A stretch of 64,000 nt of DNA from Octopus sinensis (Eukaryota): NCBI RefSeq assembly GCF_006345805.1, contig NW_021831840.1, positions 1 to 64,000 on the forward strand. The letters are read 5' to 3'. Below the pieces are notes generated by a model. That model saw nothing but the letters and a program-made list of their open reading frames with translations, made no database searches and was not told the origin of the DNA. The translations under genes and the position numbers were made by a program. Shown here piece after piece: positions 26,140-39,942 of the stretch. How positions within the stretch are numbered: the first letter of the stretch is position 1; every line of letters starts with the position of its first letter.

Positions 26140-26620
26140 CAAGGGAAATAAACATAGTTAATGCGATTCAGGGTAGCAGCCATGAATGAGAGGTAGCATG
26201 GAATGGTGAGGTCAACACAACGGAGAAAACCAATATCTTCGTGATCACGTCAAGTGTACCATTCAGAATGATGTCATCGAAATACCACATGTTCAGCTTG
26301 GAAGATGAATTACGGGCGATGTGATCAACTACAAGTGAGAACAATAAGAGGACTAATAGATTAAATGGCCTGAAGAAGAGAAGGTTAGGCGTGTTCATAC
26401 TAGCTACAAATGGCGTCCGTACAGCGAATATACGCATATTTTAGAAGATGATCACGTCTAGTGCTATTAAAAGCACTCCGAACATATAGTTTCAAAATAA
26501 AGATAATTTCCTCTGGATTTTAAGAACTGTCAAACTCCGTGTGTACTGCTTCGCAAGCTCCTTTGACTCAAACTCCATTGAGAAGGAGACGAGCAAGCGA
26601 TTTTCACGCTAGACAACAGT
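26140..26620 (-). mobile_element. CRE-like RT fragment
   Basis: GV.VKGACEAVH..LKLYVRSAFNS.RRDHLL..WYFDD. Confidence 0.7.
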
Positions 26621-27479
26621 CAGTATGAGGAACATTGACTAAATTGTTCCTATGCGCAATATATAAGTAATCTGCCCGGCCAGATGCAGCATGAAAGATA
26701 AATATAATGTGGATTGGTATCATTTACATTATTTATCACCTCAGAGTGTGAAAAAATTATCATTTTATCAAAGTAGCAATTAAGTCATCAGTGGTGATGC
26801 AATAAAAGAATATCAAAAAACAACAATAAATATTAAAATAAATAACTCTATATCATTTTCCTTGCTAAATGATAATAGTTTTAAACTAAATGAAATAGTT
26901 TCAAGCTAAATAGAATAGTTTTCAGCTAATTAGATAGACTATACAACACAACAAAACATCGGAAAGAATGAGTAGAAATCGATTTATATATTATTTTTTA
27001 TAATTTTTTGAAAAATAAATAAAATAATTAATAATAATAAAATTTTCAAGAACTGATCATAATTACATAGCCGTCTGAAAGTATTCAGAGTTAATTGATA
27101 GTATGCCTAAAAGGTCATACGAGCTATTTATTAATCGAGGATACCACACAACATATTAACTGTTGATTTTGTTAACTCTTTTTGTTAAAACCGGTTTTTT
27201 ATTCACAAGCAAAAATTTAAATTTTTAAAATTTTCGCCGATTATTGAAATTTTTTTAAAAGTAAAAGGGTTGACGAGTGACGACGTCCTCAGTGATATAT
27301 CGATATTACTGGGAAGCTGGATCGTCTAAAAAGGACGCATGCGCAATAAAAAGAAAAATGTTTGAAATTGGACAGTTTTCTCCTTGTCTTTAGTTAAAAA
27401 AAATAACTGTTCTTTCTCTTTTTTTTTTTTTTATTTAGCTAGAAAAGAAAAATGGAACAAGAAGTCAGCTACTAGCCGC

Positions 27480-28270
27480 AGAGAGAATAGAGAAACTGTT
27501 CCCCCTGAGTACGGCTATTGAGACGCGCTCAAAAAGCCGAATGACCTCACGGGGTCGTTTCTAATCCTCCGAGGTGACGGCCTCTCTCGGTGAGAAAACG
27601 TAGCGTGGCTGGGCCGAATGTGCCTGATGTTTCGACTGAAACAGGCACAAAGAGGAATCTGTCGGCGAGCGAGGCGTACTTGTCTTTCTTCCGGGTCTCT
27701 GCCCTCCTCGCCGCTGTGCCAGCTTCGATCGCGGACGCGAGAAGGCATGTTTGACGCAAAAGTGTCAGAGCAGTCGCGTCCCAGACGATCGCTTTGCCGC
27801 ACTTGAACGGGAGAGCGAGACGCCGTCCGGCCTCTTGCCATCGCCCCTGTTAAGGCCAGAGGCTCCAGCTGGCACGGGATGCCGGTTGCCTCGAGCAGAC
27901 GCTTTATTATGGAATTAAGCTGTCCGTGCCTGGGGAACCTCCCAGGGCATTTGCGGCAGGAGAGCGGGTGTAGACCTTTGCGGTCTATATGAGCCCCGCA
28001 ACGGCATTGGTGAGGCTGGCAAATGTCCAAGCCGAGTCGGAGAGATATTCCGATTCTTAACAGTCTGGGTCCAGGAAGGTTCCAGCTGCGGGGGAAGGAT
28101 AGGCGTTGATCCAGGCGCCAGTCCGTGGAGATGCTCCAGACAACAGACAAGCACGCCGGTGTTGGTCTCCGTGAGACAGTAAGTACCGGAAAGACTGAGA
28201 GCTGCTGATCTCCGTCCTTCGCGCATAAGGCATAGGTCAACGGGAGTTTTTAGTCCGCAATCTGTCCACA
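27480..28270 (-). mobile_element. CRE-like REL fragment
   Basis: LRLGLDICQPHQCRCG..GLHPLSC..RHGQLN, FVPVSVETSGTFGP. Confidence 0.85.
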
Positions 28271-29054
28271 ACGATGTGCCGTATGAAAGCTCTGAGTCCG
28301 TGAGCGATCCAGAGGGAGGAGGAAGGTTCTTTCTCTTAAAAAATAAAGTGTGTTGTCCTGCACAAGCGAAACCCACTGCAGAAGCTTTGGGCCACACGCG
28401 AATGTGCTTTTTGTGTAAAAGTAAAAAAGATTATACATATAATCAACTCAAACTCAATATTTCATTTAGAAATTAATAGCTATCCGCCAAAAAAAGTTAG
28501 TAACTGCAAAACCGGTTTTTTTCTACCAGCACTGTATTTCGTAATTAGTTAGCAAAATGTAGGTCTATCATTACACTAAATTCAACTCTATCGTTCGTTA
28601 TTGTTTGAACTAACGTCCATTTTATAAATCTTCACATTTTACACGATTCATTCGAATTTACCTTTAGAAATCGGTTTTTAGATTAATAAGCTAAATTGTA
28701 CACGGGATCAACTTTAATTTATTATTTTAAATTTTTACAACTTTCCAATGAAGACACTGTCAGTTTTGTCCCATATTTTTAAAAAATATCGCTATTTGTA
28801 TTTAAAGAGTTATAACAAGAATCAAGTTTACGGTTTGAATCACGAGCGTTTAAAAAAACTTTTAATCCACTATTCTTCCTCAAGTCCTCTATAAACAATT
28901 AGATAGAAAAAAATGCAGAAATCCAAATCTATTGCACATCGTTCTTAATATAATTTCGTGTGGATAGTGTTTTGGGATTCTTTTGTTCTTCGACTTTTAT
29001 GGTTGGCTTTGCCGTATTGATCAAACTACAAAGAAAATAACGTTTTTTGAGACC

Positions 29055-29123
29055 GCCTCAAAATAATGGAAAAAATTCCTCGTTGTGGCCGGGGGGATCC
29101 GGGTTCGACTCCCGGCGCAGGCA
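29055..29123 (+). tRNA. tRNA-His(GUG)-like gene with perfect 3' half and degenerate 5' half (probable pseudogene)
   Basis: Anticodon arm CCTCG-TTGTGGC-CGGGG, T arm CCGGG-TTCGACT-CCCGG, acceptor 3' strand CGCAGGC-A, downstream T-run. Of the 5' half only GCCT and TAATGG are recognizable. Confidence 0.6.
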
Positions 29124-29369
29124 ATTTCATTGTTTTTATATATATAAAAATATCAAAAATTGCTAGCAACAGTAAACTTATTTTTTTGTTATATTCCTGA
29201 AAATATACAGTATTTCGATTACAGTCAAACTCCTTTAAACCGAATCTGGAAGATTTGGTCTAGCATTTGTTAAGCGTGTCAATTTTTCTATATGTTTTGG
29301 CTCTGTTTACTTATCATAATCTGAGTCACTGTCATTATTATTTGGTGATGCTCAACTAGATATGATTCG

Positions 29370-29760
29370 CGTTCTTGATTCTTTGAAACATCGAGATTTT
29401 CGAAACCTGCTAATTATATTTGGCTTTAGCTTTTCTTTGCTGAACTTCATGCACTAATTACAATAAGACGTTCCTTCGGCTTCTCTGATCCACTGTGATG
29501 CTTAACTCTTAGTGATAGTGTTTTATCAGCAAGGCAACGATATTTCAGATTCCGTCACAGTTAAATATATCCGCTGATTGATATCCATCAATTAGAAAAG
29601 GTACAGGTTTCATTTACTCAGGAACAATTTCACTGTCAACATTTTCTAGAACTAATACAGTACGGAGATATTGATTTTGTTTGGATTTTCTGTCGAGTTG
29701 TTTGCAATTCAAGATGATTAATAGGATTAGATCAAAGATAATGTCAGAAGGCCGGTTTAT
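29370..29760 (-). mobile_element. Tigger/pogo remnant
   Basis: YQSADIFNCD..KPKERL..EKLKPNIISRFRKSRCFK. Confidence 0.6.
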
Positions 29761-29949
29761 GATAAAAGAAAATTTAAGTTGAGATCACAAAATACAGCCG
29801 GTATTCGGAATAGTGGAGATCCGGTACATCTAAGAGGAAATAGAAGTGATGACCTATGAGGTGAATTAAGACAAGAAGTTTTTCCGGTTTTATGAGAATT
29901 TCGTTATATCGAGAAGTCGGTTTAGAAGAGTTTGACTGTATTAAATTTT

Positions 29950-30700
29950 TTTTCACAAATTAAATATTCTTTTATTTCCATCTTGATCTTTTATTTTAAC
30001 TCTATTATTTAAAATTAAATCTTCAACAGTAAAGATTCGTTAAATGATAAAGATTCTAATTTTCGCTTCATTGTCCTTGATTTGTATCAAAATCTTTTTT
30101 CAGCAAATTTCCAATTGCAATTTCTTTCAATGTTTTTGAAAAATTCCTTTCCATTCTTTCAAGATATTTGTCGTTTATAATAGTTTGATTTTCATACTCT
30201 TCATAATTCATCATCATTAAAATAAGAAATGTTGTATCCTCTTGTTCGGAAAAAAGCCATAAATAGTGACATATTTATAGAACAAAGAATTGAAATATTG
30301 TACTGATATACAATTTTTTTATAAATCATCCACCCATTTTTTCTGTTTGTCTGTGAGTTCTTTTTGAATCCATCTGCAAATGGTTTGATTACAATGCTCC
30401 ACTTGTCCCTGTGATTCTGAATGTCTTTATTTTAAATTCTTCACATAATGACGTTATTTCTGAATTAACAAATTCTGTTCTGTTGTCAGACCGCAGAATT
30501 TTTGGTGGAGAATAGGAAAGAAATATAGTTTTCAATGATTCCGAAACTGTAACTGTTTCTTTATTTTCTACTTTTCGATCAAAGCAAAATTTTGAATAAA
30601 TATCTATGATATTTATAAGATATTTATAGGAATCATTTATATCTGAATAAAACGAAAGATCGACTAAATCAACTTGATAGCTAAAAATAAACTATTGAAT
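29950..30700 (-). mobile_element. Ginger-type integrase remnant, same family as 19468-20030
   Basis: DLVDLSFYSDINDSYKYLINIIDIYSKF..ILRSDNRTEFVNSEI..QGQVEHCNQT. Confidence 0.75.
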
Positions 30701-30739
30701 GAACCGTCTCGAGGTTCTTTGGCTACTATGGTGACTAGT

Positions 30740-31020
30740 GAATATTTTGTCTTTAAGGACTAACATGTTTCAATCTTTTTGACCTTTTTATTCCATACTG
30801 TCTGCAGAGATGTAAGTGAATACATCTCGCTACTTCATTATGCCGTCGTAAGTAATCGCTGTTTAGCATTCGCCCACACCTGGTAACTAGATGGTCAACA
30901 GTTTTTTTCGCAGAGTTGCAATGTTTGCAATTCGTTTCTCCTGCTCCAAAGAGGAAATTGCGGTCTTGTAGTAAACAGAAGGATGCTTCTGATCTCGGAG
31001 AGATGTTTCCATATGTTATT
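30740..31020 (-). mobile_element. R4/Dong-like Zn-finger fragment
   Basis: LLQDRN..CKHC..KTVDHLVTRC..RRHNEVARCIH. Confidence 0.75.
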
Positions 31021-31089
31021 ATTTTCTGTTTTCTACAAATTCTACAAATTCATTGGTGGTAACAGATTGGACTGAACATTCAAAATATA

Positions 31090-31400
31090 AGAAACAAAAT
31101 AAGCCGGTTCTTCATCCTGGGCGAATTTTTTGAAAAAAACTTTTTAAACGTATGTTTTTGCAGAATATTCTTATTTCGTTGTCATTATAAATATTTTCAG
31201 GTTCATATTTTTCCAATTTAGTGCAAATCACTGAAATAAAACAATTGATTTCATCTTCAAGGTTTACGTCAGTCATATAAGACTATCCGTGGAAAGTTCT
31301 TAACTTTATATTGCTCGGATTCTTATTGGGGCAGCGGTTCAACTGTAACTTTTAGAAGACGATAGAACACACATGTGATGCTGACTTGACATTATTAAGA
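31090..31400 (-). mobile_element. Tigger remnant related to 11520-11750
   Basis: NIKLRTFHG..EINCFISVI..KYEPENIYN. Confidence 0.55.
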
Positions 31401-31859
31401 CCATACAACTTGTTCTTCACAAAAATAATTGCAAATTTATTCAACGATTCTGACTATTCTTCTGCTTTAACATCAGCAATTAAAATATCGAATATTTTAC
31501 TCAATGATTTTCATTTTTTGGAGTCTTTTTCTAAACGCCGACTTTTTGTTAAGTTTATAGAGAAATATATCCAACAACGACATATACGCACAAATAAGGA
31601 TTAAAACAACAACTTTTATTAGATTTTACATCTTATATATCTTGTTCGTTACAACATACAGATACTTCCATTTGTAAATTCGAGAAAAGTTAAAGATACG
31701 TTAATAACCAAGTAAATTTTTTTCACAATTCTCCTTTAGATTTGTGGCCTCAGATTGTGAGAATTCCTTCCTGGTAATGTCGGTGTTATCCACAGCCAGG
31801 CCTGTCTGTACTTTAATAATCATTTTGAAAATTTGTCAGTTGTAGGCCTCTAGTCGACG

Positions 31860-32421
31860 GATTATCCAAAAATTACAAGAAGGGATGGGCAAAAAACAAA
31901 TTCGTTTTCACTCGTTGAAGGTATTGCCATCGATGTGCACTGTGAGTGATATTTCCGATAATTTTTTGCTCTTAATTGACGAAGAGAACCAATTTCTAGG
32001 AATAGTCCGGAAAATATAGAAAAAAGAAAAATATTTTCATTGGATTATCAACGTAATACAAATAGAAAAATACATTTGGAGGAAACAAATTTTAATCTTT
32101 TTACGTTAAAAAAAATCGGCCGATCCTTTATAGGATCACGTGCGATAGTTCCGGTAAGGGCAAGCAAAGGAGTGAATCTTAACGTTATTTTGGCAATTGA
32201 TGACAATGGAGCAATTGTGAGATTTGAATCACACATTGGATCTATCGAAATTTTGCAATTTTATGACGGCATTATCTGACAGTTTAGCTGGAGAGGAAAT
32301 TATTATTTATATGGATAATGCTCCAATCCATAGAAAACAAGGAAATTTTGAAGGCGTGAGAGTAGAACATATAATTCGAAGATTTGATGCACCATATTCT
32401 CCGCAGCTAAATCTTATTTGA
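31860..32421 (+). mobile_element. Tc1/IS630-like (DDE_3) transposase remnant
   Basis: IHLEETNFNL..GRS..G.RA..SKGVNLNVILAI..IYMDNAPIH..PYSPQLNLI. Confidence 0.72.
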
Positions 32422-34494
32422 CGTGGCAGATAATGACTAGACATAATATTGACAGCTTTATTAAACTTCTTGCCTTGAGGTTGCTGATTCCCCAGAAAAA
32501 GCCTAAGTGGACTTGGACTGTTAGTTAAAATTATTCCTTCGAAATATGCTTGTCCTTTCAGTAATATTTAGACTTGTTGTGGATGAACACGGTCTTTCTG
32601 ACTCGTTCATAAGTTCAAAAGTTATTCCAAATTTATGGTTTAGTACACATTTAATGTTAGATTTTTCGTTTTTTATATATTTATTACAGAGTGATGTGTA
32701 ATGCACTAACTGACAGTTCATCCGTGATTTTCATACCAACAAGGACTGTTTTAACTCAGATTTTGTAAACTATTCGTTGGTGGAGAATGTTTTGTGGGGG
32801 AATGATGACATTTTTGGTTGTCTATGTTAAGGTGAAGAATGTATAGTTCATCTTAGGGGTTAAAAGACTTGGGAGTATTAAAACGTTAATATTTTCTGTT
32901 TTTGTCGAAATATTACTGGGCGTTTTATGTTGGATGCCTTTAATTTGGGTCTAGATATCGTATATAACAAAGCATTCAATGCACGTGACATACATATTGT
33001 ATATTGTTATCTTTATTACTTAGGATGATTAAATAATGTATGTTCTTGATAAAGCTTTTTGAATTATTTTTTGAGATATTATTTATATTAATGGTATTAA
33101 TAATGGATAAATTTACTATTTTTAATACATTGGTTAATTTGCCGAGTTTTAAAAGAATGGTACAACAATGTTTGACAAGTACAAAAATAGGATTAAATAA
33201 AATTTAGAAAACCTTTGATCGTTGCAATACATTTATACTTTTTAAAATTTCAGTTCCAGCGTGAAGTATTATATTCCTTAGTTTACAGGCCATCCTCGTG
33301 ATACATGTTAAATTCAATAATAGAATGATCATGAAAAATATACATTTTTAATAAATTTTAAGGGAAGAATGGATATGAAGAGCCGATTATATGGTTTTTA
33401 TCTTTTATTCAGAAAGAATAGAAAAACAAAAAATTGTTTTGGAAAATATATTAAAATCCGGCTAGGACCAAGCTTCCATGAAAATTATGGAGTCGTGAAT
33501 AAACAGTTGTGGATGAAAAAACGATGAACATAGGATAATAAAAATATTTGTACAGAATAAATTTTAAATTAATTAAAAGTTAGGAATGTACAGAGGGGAA
33601 ATAAATAGTTAATATTTTGGAGAAATTTCTGTTGAATTCTAACACTTTAAACAAAATTAAAGACTGTCTGTAATTTTAATAATTTATGTTAAAGAAAATA
33701 TTTGTTCTAAAATTATGTTTTAATCAACAAAATTAATCATAATTTTAGGATTTGTTACGATGAAAGTTTTATAGAAAAAAAATTCTAGAAGTCGCTTTGA
33801 TGATCACTTGAAGACTTCATTCGGAAATGCTTCCCAGCCCCGCTATCACTCTGTTAGGAATATTGAGGTTATCATGACATTTTACCGGTGATGAAATTCT
33901 TTTTTTCTAAGAAATATATTGAGAGTGAATAAAGAAATATTTGAAAAGTCCTTGAATCAACGTCAACTCACATACCATCATCGACCCTTTATATATTTCC
34001 ATTATCCTCATATGTACTTTTGAGCCCGTGGGTAATTTCTTGTAATAAATTGATACTTTTCTAGTTTTTAACTGAGACTAAAGCTTGTCACAAATTTAGT
34101 CCAATAGTAGTTAAATTTGATCCTCGTGTTTCAGGTGCCCGCATTAGAACACGTCGAAATAGACATAAATCATGAGCGGTGACATTTTATAATTAACTTT
34201 AGCAGCTTATGCGCTCAATGAATCGGTGCATTCATATTTTTTCAAATCCTATAAAATCATTAAAAATCACACTTTGACATTAAAGAAAGGTTTTTTTCTA
34301 TTAAAATTATAGATATTACGATAACTTTGAAACAATGATAGCAAACGTGGATCGACAGGGCTTCCTTTTCTTTGAGAAACAAATTGCATATTACCAATGC
34401 TTAAAAATATTACAAATTATCATTAATCCGTCGGGCAGTGGTCATCGGTAAAAAATAACCTCTTGGAAATTACAAGGGCAGATTACATCGAGTT

Positions 34495-35410
34495 AATGTT
34501 TTTCGTCAAAATAATAAACCAAATTTAATCCTTCTTTGAATCTTCGTTATTTTAAATAGATTTCTTGTTAATAAATAAATTGAAAATTTATTTGAATTAT
34601 CATCATGTAAATTTGAAAAAGATAATACGTTTCGTAGTGAAATTGGCTTACGGAGACAAATTGAGGAAGTTTTGAAGACTCTCAAAGTATCCTCTGCGCC
34701 CACAATCCCGATGATCTGAAGGAAATCTGTATTTGATAACTATAATTGGCGTATACACTGAAAAGTGACTTCGGTGCTTTATTTTTATCTTTAGTTAACG
34801 ATTTCTCCTTTTTCGTTAGGTTTTGGTTTTTTGGACAATAAAAACAATTCTATTCAAGGATTTTTAAAATCAAGTTAAATAATCAATTATCGAATTATAA
34901 CTTATATATTTTCTAAAAATATTTATTTTTTGAAATAAATAAAAATATCGAATTATTATCAATAGCGTGTGATCGAATAATCAGCATTATAAATGTCTAC
35001 GCCCCACAAAGTGGAAGACTGAAGAAGAACATGGATGAACTAGACTCTTTCATCATGGAAAATTATGACCGAAAAGATAGTCTCATATGTGGCACATGTG
35101 GGAACTTAATTAGTTTAAATTACATTATGTTCCTATGACAGTGCTAATAATAATAATAATAATCAATAGCGTGTTCTGCACGCTTTCCTGTTGTTGTGTT
35201 TGTTTTGTTTTTGTACGTTGATTATTACTTTTTATTCAAAATTTTTTAAAGTATAATTTTCTATTTGCATTTTATTGCTGATTAATATTTGGTACATGTA
35301 GAATACCTTGAAAAAAGTTATTTTACAAGTTAATTTGTGCCTATTGTCACACTAGTTTAATCTCAATTGAATGCATCTTTTTAATTGATTTTCTTTCTAT
35401 TGTACATTTT
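34495..35410. repeat. Second copy of the dispersed repeat at 4385-5095, carrying a 191-bp insertion
   Basis: Direct alignment with 4385-5095. Confidence 0.85.
34971..35161 (+). mobile_element. Mini retro-insertion: LINE endonuclease fragment plus (TAA)n tail
   Basis: IINVYAPQSG..DSLICG, (TAA)n at ~35145-35161, 13-bp TSD ATCAATAGCGTGT (34958-34970, 35162-35174). Empty site present at ~4850. Confidence 0.8.
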
Positions 35411-35529
35411 TATTGATTTTCATGATTTATCAACTTTATTTTATTGTATTTTTCTTTGATCAAAATTGATTAAATCTGTAAAATATTACTTTTTAATCTC
35501 TTTATTATTCACAATTCTTAAATCTTTGT

Positions 35530-36763
35530 AAAATATGACTTACAGACGACGTTGTGTACAGACGTTGTTCTACGTAACGGTCGAGATTATTCACAGTGGA
35601 ATCCCATGCAGAATAATCATAAGATTTGAAACCCTGTATAATAGCATGTTTAACGAGGGAAGCTATGCGTTTCGGGCCAAAGCCTGGACAATAAAAGGAA
35701 TGTTTGGTTAAAACCTCATCCTTAAATCGGTAGGAATAAGTAGAAAGTCCAAGAGTTTGACTAACATGCTGCTGGTTGATCTGCCTAGGTGATTTCGTAG
35801 GTTTAGCCGGCTCAAGCTTGACAAACGAACGAATGGGTGTGCGTGAGGGTTTCCACATGGAATCACCGTCACGGAACATGGAATTGCGAGCGCGTTGGAG
35901 TGCTTTGGACTGTCTGGCAAAGACGTCCTCAGGTTCAAAAGGGACGAGTGTGCGACCGCCCAATGAAGAAAGAATTTGATCCACATAACTGTCGACGTAA
36001 GGGAGGAATTGGTCGAATTTGGACACCTCAACCACGCTCATAAAGTTATTATAACGAAATAAGCAGGGGTCACGGTGTCTTTGAGCTGTTGATCGGTGAT
36101 GTTGGGGCTGGAACCGGTCAATTTTGGACAATATTCACGCTAAGCCGGTTTGGGCTCATCGTCAGCGTCCGTGTGGAGCTTAATGTCCAAACCAGAATAA
36201 ACAGGAATCGAGGGTTTGATGCCGGTTTGCCTATAATGGTTCGCGAAATGCAACATGTAATAGTGAGAAGCTCTATCGTCAAGTGCTTGAACGCAACTTG
36301 ACGGGTTTGGATCACTAGGCGAGTACACGAAGCAAAAATCGAGAGAAAGACTCGTAGGGAACGAGGACGGACTTGTGTTGGCATAAAACGGAAACAGCGA
36401 GGTGGTTCCCGCTAGTGTTCCATTGAAGGACCAGATCACCATAAACCAAATTCTTAGGCTTAACAATTTGTTTCTGGATGGGAGAAACGAAGTCAGCATA
36501 GAGGGTTCTCACAGGTGTTAGTAAAACAACCTGGTGGTAATCATCGTTATTTAAAACATCTATACGAACTACGGTCTGTACATTTATGAAAAAGCTGAGT
36601 AACCAATTGAACCAGCCTTTACGATTTCAGCAGACGAAATAGTCGTTTGAAAAATCGTAAATGCGGTGACGATACACAGAGCAACCATTAATTTGAGTCA
36701 CAAGATTACTATCATGGTCGAAGTAATAGAAGCCTTCACCCTCAGGAAGGACACCACCGGTAA
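35530..36763 (-). pseudogene. Endogenous viral element: noda-like protein A, 3' part (MTase C-terminal region to RdRp motif A)
   Basis: EGFYYFDHDSNLVTQINGCSVYRHRIYDF, LQRAR, SFVKLE..SPRQI (motif F), YRFKDEVL..FYCPG, DYSAWDST (motif A). A few stops and frameshifts. Confidence 0.85.
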
Positions 36764-39700
36764 TTGCTATTGAAATGTTTATTTTCTATGTAACAAACTC
36801 GTCACTAGATTAAAAGGGGAGAGAAGAGCCAAACGAAACCAAGGAGACGGAAGAAACAAGTTTGTTTGCTGATTGGGGTCAACTCTAATGGGACACCAGA
36901 TGTCCCCTCGATAAAAATAACGACCCCTTGCACCACTATTTATTTAAGTGATGCAACAGTTTTTCAATGGATCGTACCGATCCCTCCAGCTCTGGGGTTA
37001 GTTTGGATTTTAAGTCTAAGCCATGTGCCAGTTTAATGGCATATCTCCGCGTTTTCTCCAAAAGATCAATATGTTTCTTTCCTTTGCAGCTTCCGAATCA
37101 TCCTTGAGATCCATAGATCAGGAAGGGTTCTATACACGCAGAGTATACGTATAAGAACGTTTCCGGTTTTAGCTGGAATCGCATCAGAGCTTTCAACATT
37201 TGGGTAGCCTTGTTCTTTCTCTTCCTTATATACATATTGAACGAACCAGTTGCATCCACAACTTTTCCGAGGTATTTAAGATCATCCACGGGTTTTATCG
37301 CTCCGGTGTTAATACAAACATCATGTTTCCTTCTCCTTCCACCGATCCAGCAAACAGTGCTTTTTTCAAAAGATAAAGACAAGCCTTTATCCTGGCACCA
37401 TTTGCCAATTTTTTCGATATGACAATGGGTTCTTTTCCACGATATTGATTTGCTCATAGAGAAATCCATAATTAAAATATCTGCGTAGATGACCATCTCC
37501 ATGCTAGGGAGATCCACTTGAGGGATGTCGCACATCACACAGTTAAATAAAAGTGGACTGATGACAGATCCCTGCGGAACTCCTCTCTTAAGCAAAATTC
37601 TCTTTCGATAATTGGTTACCGACCCGTACAAACGATTCTCTTTCCGAGAGGAAACTCTTCATCCAAACTAGGGCTGCCTTTCCAACGTTAAAACTGTATA
37701 AAGTTCGTAATAGCCCGGCATGCCAGACGCTATCAAATGCTTTTGATATGTCTAGACATGCAGCCGTAAGATACTCTTTTTTCCTTTGTGCTGTAGATAT
37801 GGCCTCCTTTAACAGTGAAAAGCAATTTCCAGTGCCCTTGTTCCGTCGAAAACCCCATTGCTCTTTCAAGAGATACTGTTTATCTTCAATATAAGTTGAT
37901 AGTCTTTTGAAGACAATTTTTTCCATGATTTTTGAGATAGAACATATGAGGCTGATTGGTCTGTAATTTGCAGGATCCGAACTTGGTTTTCCTTTCTTCG
38001 GGATCATGCGAACAATTGTCCTCTTCCATGCTTGGGGAACATGTCCAATACTCCACGAAGAGTTAAATAACTTCCATAATTCATATAATAAAGGCATTCC
38101 CGCCTTTTTGAAGATAATCATCGGTATGTAGTCCCAACCAGGGGATTTATTTTTACATCCGTGTATTGCTAATTTGATTTCTTCCATAGAAATAGCTCCA
38201 CATAATGGTCCCTCCGTAAGCGATAGTAACTCCCAAATACACGTCTCATTTTGTATAGTCTGAGAAATCATAGACAAAGGGTCCACTTCTTGAATCTTAG
38301 CTAGCTGCTCTTTTAACTTCTCAGGTACTTCCTCTCTTGGAATCAGATTGCCATCACTGGACTTGAGTTTTATCTCTTCACCCTTTTTATCAGAACTCAT
38401 CTTTGAGAAAAGTTTCCAAAAATTCGGATTTTTGTGAGAGAGTTTAGAGCATTCTTTTTTCCAGCTCTCCTCTACTATATCCTTAGATAATTCCTCTGAT
38501 AAGTTTTTAATCGATTTTATTCTTTGTTTGAGGAAGATAGCGTCTTGCGGGTCCCAACACCGCTTTAGTTTACTTTCCAAGTTCCTTTTTTCACGAAGTA
38601 GTTTGGATTGCTCTTCATTTATCAATCGATTTTTGTACGAGAAGAGAAACCTCTTTTTTCCATAGTCCTCCAGATAACTTCGAATAATGTTCCTCATTCT
38701 TTCATCCAAATAATTAATCTCGTCAAGATTTAGTATTTTCAATTCTTGAGTATTTGCCAATTTCATAGACATATAAAAGTTAAAATGATTCCAATTAATG
38801 TTGCTGATATTATAACCAAGAAATACATCCTCAGTGAGAACTGCTTCCGTTCGTAGTTTCATCGTTTGCGGAAGATGGTCACTCCCAACATCATTTTCAA
38901 CATAAGGGCGGTCACACAAACCACTTAAGGCATTTGCAACAATAAACAATCCTAATCGATCACCACCTTGCTGCTGAAAGTGGTTAAGCTCTTCAGACGT
39001 TAAAATTTGAAAATTTGAGGTTTTTTTGATCTTAAGTAAACAATTTCCATCCTGATTTGACTTCACGCACCCATATGCAGTATGCTTCGCATTTAAGTCT
39101 CCAACAAGAATTGGATTTTCATTTCCTTCCATAAAATTTTTGACAATCGACGAATAATCTTTCAACCTTTTGGAGTATATACCTCCAACGGTTATCCATC
39201 CATTAGAAGTTTTTAAATCAATGGATGCTAATTCACATACATTTTGTTCAATTATTCTTGGATTCCGAATGTCAATAGACTTTTTGTAAAATATTGATGT
39301 TCCTGTGCCGGCGTTAGCACCAGGATGCCAAGGAATATCAATCGAGCTGTATCCAGGAATAGTGATACTTCCAGATTTCTTCATTTTCGTCTTGTTAATG
39401 ATAAATACATCCATCTGAACTGTGCTGATAAGAGCTATCAGCTCTGCTGCCCGCTTTCGAAGAGAGCGGGCATTAACCAGGGTAATCCTGGTCACGTTTG
39501 ATTTATTTGGTGGCTGCTTCCCTCTTTTAGGAGAGCCACCAAACCGAGTAAAAGCTTGGCATCTTTTTTAGTTCTGCTCACGTCCTTAATAGATCTTTCG
39601 AGCTCACTAATTAAGTCAGCTCGAGGTCGACCCGTCATTGACCCAGCTCCTGAAGTCGACAAAGTCTGCACCGCCGAGTGAGATATAGTTGTTTCCTCTG

Positions 39701-39942
39701 TCTGTGTTCCAGCTTCAATTGTTTTCTTAACTCTTGGAACGTTCCATCCCGCCCATGGCTTCAAGGGTAAATTTTTTATGTCTGTTTGGTTGATTTTAGC
39801 ATTCTCCGAAGCTTCTTTTAACAGTTTCTGAACCAGAATTTTATCATTTTTCAGCTTTGAAGCTTCTTTAGCTTTCTCACAGCCCCGATAATTTGCCAAG
39901 TGGCTCGAAGAACCGCAGTTGACACATTTTTTCAGTTGACAC
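36764..39942 (-). mobile_element. APE-RT LINE, 5'-truncated in ORF1, inserted in the viral element
   Basis: ORF1 end CVNCGSSSH..GC, ORF2 39495-37098 (NARS, GDLNAKH, SDHLP, YRPISL, GVPQGS; frameshift near 37600), 13-bp TSD ACACCACCGGTAA at 36751-36763 and 39943-39955. Confidence 0.93.

Noticed and set aside
32500-34100. Possible genes in the AT-rich stretch
   Set aside because: No ORF or spliced frame with a recognizable motif.
35530-39942. Viral RNA captured as a 3' chimera of the adjacent LINE
   Set aside because: The 13-bp TSD and viral sequence on both sides show the LINE inserted later into an existing viral element.
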